A stretch of DNA of 64,000 nt, taken from assembly GCA_044375105.1 (NCBI GenBank), contig JBILNK010000001.1:2651-66650 (forward strand). The letters are read 5' to 3'. The position numbers and the translations under genes are program-made. The notes beneath the pieces were generated by a model, which saw only the letters and a list, made by a program, of their open reading frames with translations, was not told the DNA's origin and did not search any database. How positions within the stretch are numbered: position 1 is the stretch's first letter; every line of letters begins with the position of its first letter. Of the stretch, positions 48,797-58,523 are shown piece by piece. This DNA is from Planctomycetota bacterium. Lineage in GTDB: Bacteria > Planctomycetota > UBA1135 > GCA-002686595.

Positions 48797-51127
48797 TCAG
48801 CCGCCGGATTTTTTCTTTTTGAGCTGCTCGAGCAGGCCGCCCAGTCCGCCGGGCAGCTGCACGGGCGCTTGCTCGAGCAGCCCGGGCAGTTTGTCGCCGA
48901 CCTGCTCCAGCAAACCTGCCTCCAGGGCGCGCTGGGCGGCCTGCTGCAGGATCTCGCTGCTGCCCGGGCCGAGGCCCAGCTCGGGCGCTTCGGGACGCCC
49001 GGAGAGGCGCAGCGGGATGGCGGTCTCCGCCGGCAGGAAGCGGCGCGCTTGTTCGAGGGTCTGGCCGAGCTCGCCGCCGATGGCCGAGAGCGGCAAGCGC
49101 GCGTCGATCTCGAAGCGGCCGCCGACCAGGTCGTAGCCTCCGGAGAAGGGCAGGCGCTGCCCGGCCAGCTCGAGCGCCAGATCGCTATAGCCCACGCGGC
49201 CCCCGACGATCGAAAGCTCGAAGGGGGCCAGGCGCTGGCCCCGGAAGCGTCCGGCGGCCGGCCAGAGCTTTGCCAGCGGGGCCAGCAGGCTGCCGTCGGC
49301 CGAGCCCAGGTCGAGGCGCAGGCGTCCATCGAACCGGCGCAGGTCCCCGTCGAGGGGCAGGCGCAGCTCGCTCCAGGACAGCTTGGCGCGCTGGCCGGAC
49401 GGCGGCCCGCTGAGCTGGCTCACGAGCGGCAGCAGGCCGCCCACCAGCCGCCGGCTGGCGACCTCGTCGAGGGCGAAGGAGAGCTGCTCGCGGCCATCGG
49501 CGGGCGCGCCGCTCTCGAACAGGCCTTGAGCCAAGCGCCCGTCCATGCGCAGGGCGCAGCGCGAGGAGGTCAGCTCGAGCTGCAGGGGTCCCGCGACCGC
49601 CAGCGGATCCGCCAGCGGCAGGCTCAGCTCGGCTGCGGACAGGCGCAGGTCGAGGCGCTCGCCGAGCACATCGGCGCACAGCCCGCGGCTGGCCAGCAGG
49701 CCATCGAGCTGGGCGGACGAGAGGCCGTCGACGCGCAGCTCGAGGGGCCCGCCGCTGGCGCGGCCGGCGAGCAGATCGGGCCACAGCTGGGTCCAGGGCG
49801 CCGCTTCGAGGCGCACGGTCAGGGGCGCCGGGGTGCGCGCCGGGGACTCGATGCGGCCGGTCAGCAGCGCAGACAGCCGCGCGCCCGGAGCCTGTTCGAG
49901 GGACAGGCTCAAGGCCGCCAGGTTGGCGCCCGCCCTGGGAGCGCTGGCGGGCCCGGCCAGGGTGAGGTTGGGCAGGGAGAGGCGCGCGGAGAGATCCAGG
50001 CCCGCGAGCGCTTCCGCCGGCTGGAGCCGTGCTCCGTCCAGCGGCAGCCGCAGAGACAGGCGCTCGAACAGGACCTCGAGCGGGCCGGGCCCAGGGGCCA
50101 GGCGCCGGCCCTGCGGCGGTGCCGGCCACAGGCGCTGCCAGAGCGCCGCGCTGGGCTCCAGCCAGAGCTGGCCGCCCGGATCGACGCTCAGCAGATCGGG
50201 AGCGAAGGTGAGCACCTGCTCGGCCCGGACGCGCGGGCTCGTCAGCCTGAGGCGGCCGCGGCCGTGCTCGGGACGCAGCCCGGGGCCCTCCAGGCCGAAC
50301 TCGAGCTGCACGTCGAAGCGCGCGCCGAGGGCCTCCGACAGCAGCCCGTCGGCCGCGAGCAGGGCGTCGAACAGGCCGCTGGGCATGGCCTCGCCGCTCA
50401 GGGTCGCCTCCAGGGCCGCGCCGGAAGCGGCGCCCGGGCCCTGGCGCCGCAGGCTGAGCTCGAAGGAGCCCGGCTCGGGCTCGACCAGGCGGCCCGCCAG
50501 GTGGCCTTCCAACAGGCCGCCAGGACGCACGGCGAAGCGCCCCGCGAGCCCCTCGATGCGCACCCCCGGGGCCGGGGCCCCGGGGACCAGATCGCGGAAC
50601 GACAGGCGGCTCGGTTCGACCACCAGCTCGGCCCCGTCCGGCAGGCCTTCGCCTCGACCGCTCGGGTCGCCGTCGGATCCGCTCCCGGAGTCGAACGTGG
50701 TGCCGTCCCGCGGGGCCAGCGCGCGCGTCAGGTTCAGCGCGCCCTCGGCGCTGCGCACCAGGTCGAGCTCGAACCGCAGCGTGCTCTGCCCGAGCTGGCG
50801 GCCCTCTGAGCGCACCCAGGTGCTGAGCGGCTCGAGGCCCAGCTCCAGGGAACCGACCGACGCGCCCTCGGGATCGAGCAGCCTGGCCGACAGGCGCTGC
50901 CGCCCGCGGAAGGACAGCTCGAGGCTCTGCACGTCCAATTCGCCGTGGATCGCCTCGCGGGAGCCCGCTTCGATCCAGCCGGGCAGGAGCCACGAAAGCA
51001 GCGGTCCGCTCAGGAACACCAGCGCCGCGATCCCGCCGATCCCGAACGCCAGGCAGCCCAGGGGCCAGCGCAGCCAGCTGCGCCGGCGCGGCGGCGCCGA
51101 GGTTGTTTGGTCTGCTGCGTCTTGCAT
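48797..51127 (-). CDS. large membrane-anchored protein, AsmA/TamB-like by architecture
   Basis: ATG at 51125-51127. N-terminal helix WPLGCLAFGIGGIAALVFLSGPLL, then ~700 aa of beta-rich L-x-L-x repeats (ELDVQSLELSFRG, LRFELDLVRS, LDLRLSAAELSL). Lys-rich C-terminus LKKKKSGG. The family call is tentative. Confidence 0.6.
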   Translation of the reverse strand: MQDAADQTTSAPPRRRSWLRWPLGCLAFGIGGIAALVFLSGPLLSWLLPGWIEAGSREAIHGELDVQSLELSFRGRQRLSARLLDPEGASVGSLELGLEPLSTWVRSEGRQLGQSTLRFELDLVRSAEGALNLTRALAPRDGTTFDSGSGSDGDPSGRGEGLPDGAELVVEPSRLSFRDLVPGAPAPGVRIEGLAGRFAVRPGGLLEGHLAGRLVEPEPGSFELSLRRQGPGAASGAALEATLSGEAMPSGLFDALLAADGLLSEALGARFDVQLEFGLEGPGLRPEHGRGRLRLTSPRVRAEQVLTFAPDLLSVDPGGQLWLEPSAALWQRLWPAPPQGRRLAPGPGPLEVLFERLSLRLPLDGARLQPAEALAGLDLSARLSLPNLTLAGPASAPRAGANLAALSLSLEQAPGARLSALLTGRIESPARTPAPLTVRLEAAPWTQLWPDLLAGRASGGPLELRVDGLSSAQLDGLLASRGLCADVLGERLDLRLSAAELSLPLADPLAVAGPLQLELTSSRCALRMDGRLAQGLFESGAPADGREQLSFALDEVASRRLVGGLLPLVSQLSGPPSGQRAKLSWSELRLPLDGDLRRFDGRLRLDLGSADGSLLAPLAKLWPAAGRFRGQRLAPFELSIVGGRVGYSDLALELAGQRLPFSGGYDLVGGRFEIDARLPLSAIGGELGQTLEQARRFLPAETAIPLRLSGRPEAPELGLGPGSSEILQQAAQRALEAGLLEQVGDKLPGLLEQAPVQLPGGLGGLLEQLKKKKSGG

Positions 51128-51145
51128 CGCAATCCCTCGAAAGCA

Positions 51146-51727
51146 TCAGTTGGGGCCGCTGCCGGGGGCCAGGCCGAGCCACGCATCCCCAGCGCCGCTC
51201 GAGGCCACGACCCGCCGCCAATCGTCCTCGCCCTGGGCGCTGAACACCAGCGGCGCGTCGAGCGGCGCCGGCACCCACGAGCCGTGCATCAGCTCGGCTT
51301 CGAGCTGGCCCGCGTCCCAGCCGGAATAACCCAGGAACAGACGCAGGCCGTCCACATCCACGCCGCGCGGGCGCTGCTGGGCACGCAGGTAGGCGGCCAA
51401 CGCCTCGAGCTCGCCGCCCAAGAACAGGCCCTCGGCGATCTCCTGGCCGCCGGGGATCGACGCGGGGGCGCGGTGCAGGAACTGCAACCGAGAGTGGTCC
51501 ACCGGCCCGCCCAGGTAGATCGGAGTGCCGAGTTTGGAGAGCAGCGGATGGTCCGGCACGAGGCGGTCGATGGTCACCCCCGTCGGCCGGTTGATCACGA
51601 AGCCGAGGGCCCCGCGCGGGCCGTGCTGACACAGGACCACGATCGACCGGGAGAAGTTTTGGTCCTCCAGATCGGGCCAGGCCGCTAAGAAGGTGCCCGG
51701 GGTGACGCGCCAGTGCTCGAGATCCAC
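51146..51727 (-). CDS. YqgE/AlgH-family (UPF0301) protein
   Basis: Blocks SIVVLCQHGPRGALGFVINRP, IYLGGPV, FLGYSGWDAGQLEAEL. The start is unresolved among GTG 51727, GTG 51748 and TTG 51775. The stop is 18 nt before the AsmA-like start. Confidence 0.8.
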   Translation of the reverse strand: MDLEHWRVTPGTFLAAWPDLEDQNFSRSIVVLCQHGPRGALGFVINRPTGVTIDRLVPDHPLLSKLGTPIYLGGPVDHSRLQFLHRAPASIPGGQEIAEGLFLGGELEALAAYLRAQQRPRGVDVDGLRLFLGYSGWDAGQLEAELMHGSWVPAPLDAPLVFSAQGEDDWRRVVASSGAGDAWLGLAPGSGPN

Positions 51728-51889
51728 CGAGTGCTCCTGCGGGGCCACGCTAACCCGCCGCCGGGGGCTCCACAAGCGGCCCTCGTTTTCGCAGCGGTCC
51801 GAAGCCCCGGCGAGCGCGGGGGCCGGAGTCGGCTCCGCAGCCGCACCCCGCGCACCGCGCGGAGGGCAGCGCGCACCGCGCCGTGCGCT

Positions 51890-52093
51890 TCAGGCCGGGG
51901 CTTCGAAGCCCAGGCAGGCGCGCAGGGGCTGCGGCGGATACTTGGGGAACCAGGGCTCGTGCTGGGCCCGCCCGCAGAGCAGGAACAGGCTGCCCCGGCC
52001 GGATTCGATGGCTCGATGGAAACGGCAGCCCCAGCACAGGCTGCCTCGCAGGGCGGGCGGCAGGTCGCGGCGCTGCGGCTCCCGATCGTTCAT
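51890..52093 (-). CDS. small Cys4 protein (67 aa), conserved-looking hypothetical
   Basis: ATG 52091-52093. G/C-rich third positions. Pattern CWGCRF...SGRGSLFLLC...PKYPPQPLRACLGFE (C-x2-C...C...C) resembles small widely distributed hypothetical proteins as I remember them; this is unverified. Confidence 0.55.
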   Translation of the reverse strand: MNDREPQRRDLPPALRGSLCWGCRFHRAIESGRGSLFLLCGRAQHEPWFPKYPPQPLRACLGFEAPA

Positions 52094-52165
52094 GCCGCGA
52101 GGCTAGCCGAGCCGCGCCGCCGACGCACGCCCGGCGCGGCGCCCGCTCGGCTAACCTGCGCGCCC

Positions 52166-53206
52166 ATGACCGCCGAGCCCGCGGACCCGAACCCGATCGC
52201 CTGGAAGGGCGAGGATGGCCGCCTGCTGGCCAGCCTGCGGCAGCGCTTCCTGGCGGGGGCGCCGGGCCCGGACTATTGGGACCCGCCGCGGCGCATCGAG
52301 CTCTACGATCGCACCTTCGGCGTGCGCATCCGCTGGAAGTGGGAATGGGCCCTGGCCCAGGCCGAGCGGCGCCTGGCGGCGGCGCTGCCCCCCGGCGAAG
52401 CCGTCGTGCGCACCTGCGTCGATTTCGGCGCCGGCACGGCGGTCGCTTCGCGGGCCTGGTTCGAGCGCTTCCCGCCGAACCCCGGGGATCGCCTGGTCCT
52501 GGTGGAGCGCTCGGGCAGCGCGGCGCGCTACGGGGCCGACCGCTTGCGGGCCGAGCTGGGCCCGCGGTCGGACGCGCTCGCGATCGAGATCCGCTCGACG
52601 CCCCCCGCCGAGCCCGGTGCGATCTGGTTCCTGAGCCACGTGCTGACCGAACTCGAGCCCGAGGTCTTCGAGCAGCTGCCAGCGCTCCTCGGGGACGCCG
52701 CGGCCGTGCTGTTGGTCGAGCCGGGCACGCGCCCAGCCTCGGCGCGGCTGGTGGCCCTGCGGGAGCGCCTGCGCACAGCCCTGCCGCCGGTCTACCCCTG
52801 CCCCCAGCGCAGCGCCTGTCCCCTGGCCGATCCACAGCGCTACCCGGGCGAGTGGTGCCACCTGTTCGCGCCGCCAGCGGCCGAGGCCTTCACCTCGAAC
52901 CACTGGCGCCAGGTGTCGCGCGAGCTCGATCTCGACCTGCGCAGCCTGCCCCTGTCGGTGCTGTTCCTGTGCCGCGAGCCGGGCCCCGAGCTCCCGCCGG
53001 ACAGCCTGCGCCTGCTCGGACGGCCCAAGGCCGAGAAGGGCCGCCTGCTGCTCGACGCCTGCGGCTCCGGCGAGTTCCAACGCCTGCGCCTCCTGGACCG
53101 CGACGCGCGCGATCTGGCCAAGGCGCTGCGCTCGGGCACCCCACAGCATCCGCTGCTCGGCGCTCGGATCGAGGACGGACGTCTGCTGGACCTCGAGCCG
53201 CGCTGA
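52166..53206 (+). CDS. Rsm22-family SAM-dependent methyltransferase
   Basis: In-frame ATG 52166 within ORF 51713..53206 (MTAEPADPNP). SAM motif I CVDFGAGTAV. Cys cluster PCPQRSACPLADPQRYPGEWCHLF, as in bacterial Rsm22 homologues. Confidence 0.75.
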   Translation: MTAEPADPNPIAWKGEDGRLLASLRQRFLAGAPGPDYWDPPRRIELYDRTFGVRIRWKWEWALAQAERRLAAALPPGEAVVRTCVDFGAGTAVASRAWFERFPPNPGDRLVLVERSGSAARYGADRLRAELGPRSDALAIEIRSTPPAEPGAIWFLSHVLTELEPEVFEQLPALLGDAAAVLLVEPGTRPASARLVALRERLRTALPPVYPCPQRSACPLADPQRYPGEWCHLFAPPAAEAFTSNHWRQVSRELDLDLRSLPLSVLFLCREPGPELPPDSLRLLGRPKAEKGRLLLDACGSGEFQRLRLLDRDARDLAKALRSGTPQHPLLGARIEDGRLLDLEPR

Positions 53207-53292
53207 CAGGCCCGGAGGCCCTCTGGGTCCCAAGCCAGGAGCGGAGCCGTGCCCTTCTCCGCAAGGGGCACCCACACGATCTCCTGGAGACC

Positions 53293-53326
53293 AAAAAAGG
53301 CGGGGCCCGCCGGTGGGCGGGCCCCG
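53293..53326 (-). terminator. canonical intrinsic terminator for the FG-GAP gene
   Basis: Perfect 11-bp stem CGGGGCCCGCC (53301-53311) / GGCGGGCCCCG (53316-53326) with a 4-nt loop GGTG. On the minus strand it is followed by the run complementary to AAAAAA at 53293-53298 (a U6 tract). It lies about 130 nt downstream of the stop at 53457. Confidence 0.75.
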
Positions 53327-53456
53327 AGGAATTGCCGGAGAACCTTCGAGAGGATCCGAATTCGGTCCAGGCTCTGCCTGGGGAGCGATCCCCGCGCTCC
53401 CCAGGGACGGGGAGCGCCGCAGCGCTGCGTTGCCGGGCCTGAGCGGCCCCGCCCGA

Positions 53457-55331
53457 TCAGAACGCAGCCGGCTGGGTGCCGGTGATCGCGTTGGAGGCGG
53501 CGAAGCCCTGGGGGCCCGCGGCGTCGAAGTACCAGACCTGGAAGGTGAAGGTCACGCAGTCCGGCTTGCCGGCGGGATACAGGGTGGTGAAGCTGCCGTT
53601 GCCGCTGCCGTCGGTGTTGTAGGGCAGCAGCAGATCCGGCGAGGGCACCAGCACGCCGCCGAACAGGGGCAGGTTGATGGCCGAGCCGCCGACAACCAGG
53701 AAGCCGGCCGCCGCAGGCGCCGCGTTGCTGAGGTTCAGGCTGATGTTGGTGCCGCCGGCGAAGGATCCCACGCCGGTCAGAACAGAGGCGCCGCTGACGC
53801 CCGGCAGGGCGTTGCCGAGGTCGCGCCAGGGGCTCAGGTTGCCGAGGGTCACGATCGGACTCGGGCGGTCGTTGCCGGCCGGGTCGAAGGCCCGCCACTG
53901 GAACTGGATGCCGACGGTGCCCGGGGTGCTCGGCACCGAGGCGCGGAACTGGCCCCCGCCCATGTGGAAGGCGGTGCCGCTGCCGCAGGTGACCGTGCTG
54001 CCGAACAGCGTGTACTCGTAGATCACCGTGGTCCAGGCCTTGCTGTCGTCCTGCACCGCGTCCTGGGTCAGGCAGTAGAACAGTGTGCCGCCGGGCCCGA
54101 TCGAGCTCGGCGTGCTGGTCCTCAGGAAGATCGGCCGCACGGTGTCTGGCGCGCCGTTGTTCCGGTAGATCTTGTTCGTGAAGTTGCCCGACTCGCCCTG
54201 GGCCGTGACGATGTCGTAGTCGCCGTCTCCGTCCAGGTCGGCCACGCCCGCGTCGAGGCTCGAATCACCCTGGACCTGGATCACATTCACGTACGTGAAG
54301 GTCGCGGCGTTGTTCTGGTACATCTTCTCGCCGCCCGCGGCCAGAGAGGCCACCAGCACGTCCATGTCGCCGTCGACGTCGTAGTCGAAGCCGACCATCT
54401 CGTTGTCATCGCCCCCGTTGGTGCCGCCGAAGGTGAACTCGGGCGGAGCGACCAGCACGCCGTCGTTGCGGCCCCAGCCCTCGCTGACCCCGCTGATCGA
54501 CTGGACCATGGCGTCCAGGTCGCGATCGCCGTCCAGGTCGCCCCAGTCGGCTTCGTAGGTGGCGCCCGTGCCGAGGCCGTTCAGGATCGTGCTGACCGTG
54601 AACACGCCCGTGCCGTCGTTCAGGTACAGGCGGCCTTGGATGCCGCCGCTGCCCTTGCCGGACAGGGCGATGTCCAGGTCGAAGTCCCCTTCGTAGTCGA
54701 AGATGCTGATGTCCTGGCAGTTGTACAGGTCGGCCGGCATGCGCAGGGCCGTGGCGTCGCTGAAGGCCCCCGTGCCGTTGTTGATCAACAGGCGCGCCTG
54801 GGAGGCCACGCCGCCGAAGGTGCCGCCGTCGCTGACCACCACGTCCAGGTCGCCGTCGTTGTCCACGTCGCCGGCGCACAGGCTGAAGGAGCGCAGGGCC
54901 AGGGCCGGCACGTTGGTGGCGGTCACGTCGGTGAACACCGCGGAGCCGTTGTTGAGCAGCAGGCGCGGCGGGCTGCCGGTCGAGCCCGAGGCGTACATCA
55001 GGTCCTGGTCCCCGTCCTTGTCGAAGTCCTCCGCAATGACCATCTTCGCGTTGAAGTTGACCACGTTGAGCTGGGCGTGGGCGGCGGTGAAGCTGCCCGC
55101 CCCGTTGTTCAGGTAGAGGTGCTGGGCCAGGGCGCCGGCGGCGCCGGTTCCGCCGTAGACGCTGCCGTTGGCGAAGACGATGTCCTGGTCCCCGTCCCCA
55201 TCCAGGTCGGCGATCGCCACCCCGTCGGTCCACAGGTTTTGGGCCGGGAGGCCGGTCGAGAGGGTGAACTGCTGGGCCAGGGCGGCCGGAGCCAGCCCCA
55301 AGGTCACCAGGAGGGGGAGGGAGGTGCGCAT
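53457..55331 (-). CDS. secreted FG-GAP/VCBS-repeat protein with C-terminal ~120-aa module
   Basis: ORF 53457..55418 trimmed to Met30 (MRTSLPLLVTLGLAPAALAQ). Calcium-loop repeats ADLDGDGDQDIVF, EDFDKDGDQDLMY, GDVDNDGDLDVVV, GDLDGDRDLDAMV, FDYDVDGDMDVLV, and ADLDGDGDYDIVT. Confidence 0.85.
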   Translation of the reverse strand: MRTSLPLLVTLGLAPAALAQQFTLSTGLPAQNLWTDGVAIADLDGDGDQDIVFANGSVYGGTGAAGALAQHLYLNNGAGSFTAAHAQLNVVNFNAKMVIAEDFDKDGDQDLMYASGSTGSPPRLLLNNGSAVFTDVTATNVPALALRSFSLCAGDVDNDGDLDVVVSDGGTFGGVASQARLLINNGTGAFSDATALRMPADLYNCQDISIFDYEGDFDLDIALSGKGSGGIQGRLYLNDGTGVFTVSTILNGLGTGATYEADWGDLDGDRDLDAMVQSISGVSEGWGRNDGVLVAPPEFTFGGTNGGDDNEMVGFDYDVDGDMDVLVASLAAGGEKMYQNNAATFTYVNVIQVQGDSSLDAGVADLDGDGDYDIVTAQGESGNFTNKIYRNNGAPDTVRPIFLRTSTPSSIGPGGTLFYCLTQDAVQDDSKAWTTVIYEYTLFGSTVTCGSGTAFHMGGGQFRASVPSTPGTVGIQFQWRAFDPAGNDRPSPIVTLGNLSPWRDLGNALPGVSGASVLTGVGSFAGGTNISLNLSNAAPAAAGFLVVGGSAINLPLFGGVLVPSPDLLLPYNTDGSGNGSFTTLYPAGKPDCVTFTFQVWYFDAAGPQGFAASNAITGTQPAAF

Positions 55332-56017
55332 CGCAGGGTTCGGGAAGTCCAAGGAAGTCAGGGTCCGCGCTCGGCCCGGGCAGAGGGCGGCCCGCCCCGG
55401 GTTCAGGGGGGTCATCACGGGGCCAGCCCCCTAGTATTCCCCATTCTTGGAAGACGTCAACGCGGACAGGCCGGAGCCCGGTCGCGCCGCCGAGGCCAGG
55501 GAGGGCGAACCCAGGGGGTGAAAACGCCGGGAAGCCCCGGGAGGACGGCTGGGCTGGGGCCCTGGTTCCTGCTCCCGGGAAGATCCGCGGGCTGCCAGCC
55601 GCACACCGCCCCCGACCTGCCATCGGGGCCGCGCTGCCCCGCCGGGAACGGACTTCCAGGTCCGAGCGGCAGCCCAGGCGACCGGGGATCGGGCCCCAAG
55701 CGCAGGGGCAGCCTGCCGCCTGGGACCCCGGATCTCCCGCTCGCCGCCCGCCGGCGGAGCAGCGGCCGGCCTCGCGGGGCGCTCGCCTGGGGGCCCTCCG
55801 TCGCCGGCCCAGGGGCTGTGGCGACCGGCACCCCTCGGCTCGCAGCCCCTTCCAGCGGAGCCGACCTGGCGCGCCTCCCGCTCCGGAACACCCCCGGGCC
55901 GGCCGGGCCGGCTCCGCCCCGAGCCGCCGGCAAGGCCACGGCCAGCCGCGCTCGCCCTCCGGCCGAAGGCGGCCCGTCAGCCCGCCAGCTCGCTGCCCCC
56001 CTAGACCGGCAGGGCCA

Positions 56018-56839
56018 TCAGCCCCGCTTCAGCGCCGCCAGGATCCCATCCCAGAGCGCCAGGCGCGCGCGGATGGCCCGCTCCGCCCCGCTCTGCGCCG
56101 CGCTCCAGCGCAGGGGATCCTGCCCGCACAGGCCGGCCAGCAGCTGCGCCGACATGGGCCCGTGGCGCTCGCCGTCCATCTGGATGTGGCGCTCGAGATA
56201 ATCGATCAGCCGGCTGAGCCGACCGCCGTGCTGGCGCGACAGGTCGCCGACCAGGCGCGTGAACATGTCCGGGATCACGTCCTCGCGGCCGAGCGTGAAC
56301 GCCGCGGCCACGGCCGGCAGCGGCCCGTCCTCGATCAGCGCGAAGGTCTCGCCCACGAAGGCCCGCGCCGCCGCCGGGGCCCCCGAGCGCTCCAGCGCCT
56401 GGCGCAGACCCGCGCCGCTGTCGAGCGCTTCGAACAGGGCATCGATGGGGCCGACGCTGGCGCCGCACTGCTCCATGGCGGCGCGGTAAAGCTCGAAATG
56501 GCTGCTATAGCCCTGGCCCCCGAGCCCCTCGTCCGATTCCTCCCCCAGCACGATCTCGTTGATCAGGCGCCGGGCCGTGCCATCGCCGCGCGGGCGCCAC
56601 GGCAGCTCGACCGAGGTCAGCTCGCGCTGCAGGGCCTTGAGCAGCGACATGAAATCCCAGACGGCGAACACATGGTGCTGCATGAAAACACGCACGTGTT
56701 CGAGGGTCTCGAGCTGGGTGTAGAGCGGGTGCGCGATCAGCCGGGCGCGCAGGGGCGCCAGCTGCGCCGCCAGGCCTTCGAGGCCCTGGCGGGCGGGTTC
56801 GGCGGAGCGCGCGGCGGAGGGGCTTTCGATCGGGCTCAC
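56018..56839 (-). CDS. DUF3050-family (heme-oxygenase-like fold) protein
   Basis: Start at in-frame GTG 56839 (VSPIESPSAARS; residue 128 of ORF 56018..57220). Block VFMQHHVFAVWDFMSLLKALQ and an all-helical remainder. Confidence 0.7.
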   Translation of the reverse strand: MSPIESPSAARSAEPARQGLEGLAAQLAPLRARLIAHPLYTQLETLEHVRVFMQHHVFAVWDFMSLLKALQRELTSVELPWRPRGDGTARRLINEIVLGEESDEGLGGQGYSSHFELYRAAMEQCGASVGPIDALFEALDSGAGLRQALERSGAPAAARAFVGETFALIEDGPLPAVAAAFTLGREDVIPDMFTRLVGDLSRQHGGRLSRLIDYLERHIQMDGERHGPMSAQLLAGLCGQDPLRWSAAQSGAERAIRARLALWDGILAALKRG

Positions 56840-56945
56840 GGGGACCTCGGTTGCTGGAGAGGCCGGCGCCCAGACGAGCGCCGGTACGAGGCGAATATAG
56901 GCCGCGGCCTGGGCCACACGAGCCCGTCTAGAGCCTCGGGAGCGC

Positions 56946-58505
56946 TCAATCCGCCGCCAAAAGGAACCAGCCCTCGAGGTGCGGCGTGTGGGGGAAGAAG
57001 TCGAACAATCCGAGATCGAGGATCCGGTAGCCCGCGTCCAGGAACGGGCGCAGGTCCCGCGCCGCCGACGGCAGGTGGCAAGCGACGTAGCCGAGCAGCG
57101 GCGGGCGCAGGCGCCCGAGTTCGCTGACCACGTCGGGGTGCAGGCCCGCGCGGGGCGGATCGACCAGCACGGCCGTGGGAGGCCCGCCCGCGATCGCGCC
57201 CGTGAGCAGCGCGCGCACATCGCCGCGCTCGAAGCGCAGGCCCCCGAGCCCGTTCAAGGCGGCATTGCGGCGCGCATCGGCCACGGCGCTCTCGACCAGC
57301 TCGAGGCCCAGGACCTCGTCGAACAGATCCGCCAGCGCCAGGGCGAAGGTCCCGCCGCCGCAATACAGGTCGAGCAGCCGCGCGGGGCCGGCCCCGCGGG
57401 CCGACGGCAGGGCCGACGCGAGCGCCCGGCGCACCGCCAGCACCAGCCCCTCGGCGGCCTCGGTGTTGGTCTGGAAAAACGAATTGGCCGAGATCCGAAA
57501 GGTCTTCCCGGCCAGCAGCTCGTGCACGTGGCCGGGCCCGGACAGCACGCGCTCGTGCTGCCCGTGGCTGACCATGGCCGGGCTCCCCTGGACGTTTTGG
57601 ACCAGGGTGGTGATCTCCGGATGGCGCTCGAGCAGGCCTGCGCAGAGTTCCTCGAGGCCGGGGCCCTCCAGCTCGCGCGTCACCAGATCGACCAGCAGCT
57701 CGCCGGTGCGCTGGCCGCGGCGCAGCAGCAGGTGCCGCAGCTGGCCGCTCTGGTCCTGGAAGGCGTAGGGCGGCACGCCGTGGCGTTGCGCCAGGCTGCG
57801 CACGCTCTCGAGCAGGCGCTCGGCGCCTTCGAAAGCCAGCGCGCAATGGCGCACGTCGAGCACCTTGGACCAGGTGCCGCGGGCGTGCAGCCCGAGGGCG
57901 AAGTCCGTGGCGCGCCCGTCGTCGTGGCGTTCGATCCAGCGGCGGTTGCCGAAGGTGAACTCCATCTTGTTGCGATAGTGGCTCCGGCGCGGAGCGGGCA
58001 CCAGCGCGGGCAGGCTCGGCGCCGGCCCGCGGCCGCTCCACAGGGGCGCGAGCTGCTCGGAGGCCAGGCGGCGCTTGAGCTCGAGCTGGACGCCGTAGTC
58101 GAGCTCCTGGAAGCGGCAGCCGCCGCAATCCGCTGTGTGCGGGCAGAGGGGCGGCACGCGCCAGGGCGAGGGCGCCAGCTCGCGTACGATCGCGGCGTCG
58201 ATGCGCTCGCGCCGCCGCCGCGCCACGCGCGCCAGCACGCGCTCGCCGACCAGGCCGCGCTCGAGATGCAGGCGGTACTCCCCCACCGTGCCGACCGCCT
58301 CACCACGCGGCCCGAGGCGCTCGAGCAGCACCTCGGTCAGATCGCCGAAACGCGGCTTGCGCGGCGCGGCTCCCGCCGGACCGAACAGGCGCGGATCCGC
58401 GACCTGCTCCTCGGGCGGCGCTGCGCACGGCTCCAAGCCCGGCTCAGCGCCCGGCGCGGGGTCCGCCGCCGGCGGCGGCTCCTGTTCGGGCGACGACGGA
58501 TCCAA
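56946..58505 (-). CDS. 23S rRNA (uracil-C5)-methyltransferase, RumA/RlmD (TrmA) family
   Basis: TRAM-like N-terminus, Fe-S motif CPHTADCGGCRFQ, SAM motif LLDLYCGGGTFALALA, VLVDPPRAGL, and nucleophile region GYVACH. The listed start is TTG 58505, so the start is uncertain. Confidence 0.8.
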   Translation of the reverse strand: MDPSSPEQEPPPAADPAPGAEPGLEPCAAPPEEQVADPRLFGPAGAAPRKPRFGDLTEVLLERLGPRGEAVGTVGEYRLHLERGLVGERVLARVARRRRERIDAAIVRELAPSPWRVPPLCPHTADCGGCRFQELDYGVQLELKRRLASEQLAPLWSGRGPAPSLPALVPAPRRSHYRNKMEFTFGNRRWIERHDDGRATDFALGLHARGTWSKVLDVRHCALAFEGAERLLESVRSLAQRHGVPPYAFQDQSGQLRHLLLRRGQRTGELLVDLVTRELEGPGLEELCAGLLERHPEITTLVQNVQGSPAMVSHGQHERVLSGPGHVHELLAGKTFRISANSFFQTNTEAAEGLVLAVRRALASALPSARGAGPARLLDLYCGGGTFALALADLFDEVLGLELVESAVADARRNAALNGLGGLRFERGDVRALLTGAIAGGPPTAVLVDPPRAGLHPDVVSELGRLRPPLLGYVACHLPSAARDLRPFLDAGYRILDLGLFDFFPHTPHLEGWFLLAAD

Positions 58506-58523
58506 GCCGGTCGGGGCAGCGGC

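Noticed and set aside
48806-48821. T-rich run GGATTTTTTCTTTTTG that looks like a terminator
   Set aside because: It is coding: it is the reverse complement of the Lys-rich C-terminus (LKKKKSGG) of the AsmA-like gene.
53313-56201. 962-aa plus-strand ORF; similar cases are 131..2959, 15763..18648, 56979..59699, 48869..50809 and 3498..5588
   Set aside because: All are antisense shadows of genes with strong motif support (FG-GAP, pgi, the BY-kinase/HEAT-like pair, the RumA-like/TPR pair, the AsmA-like gene, and fhs). Their composition is typical of reverse-frame translation.
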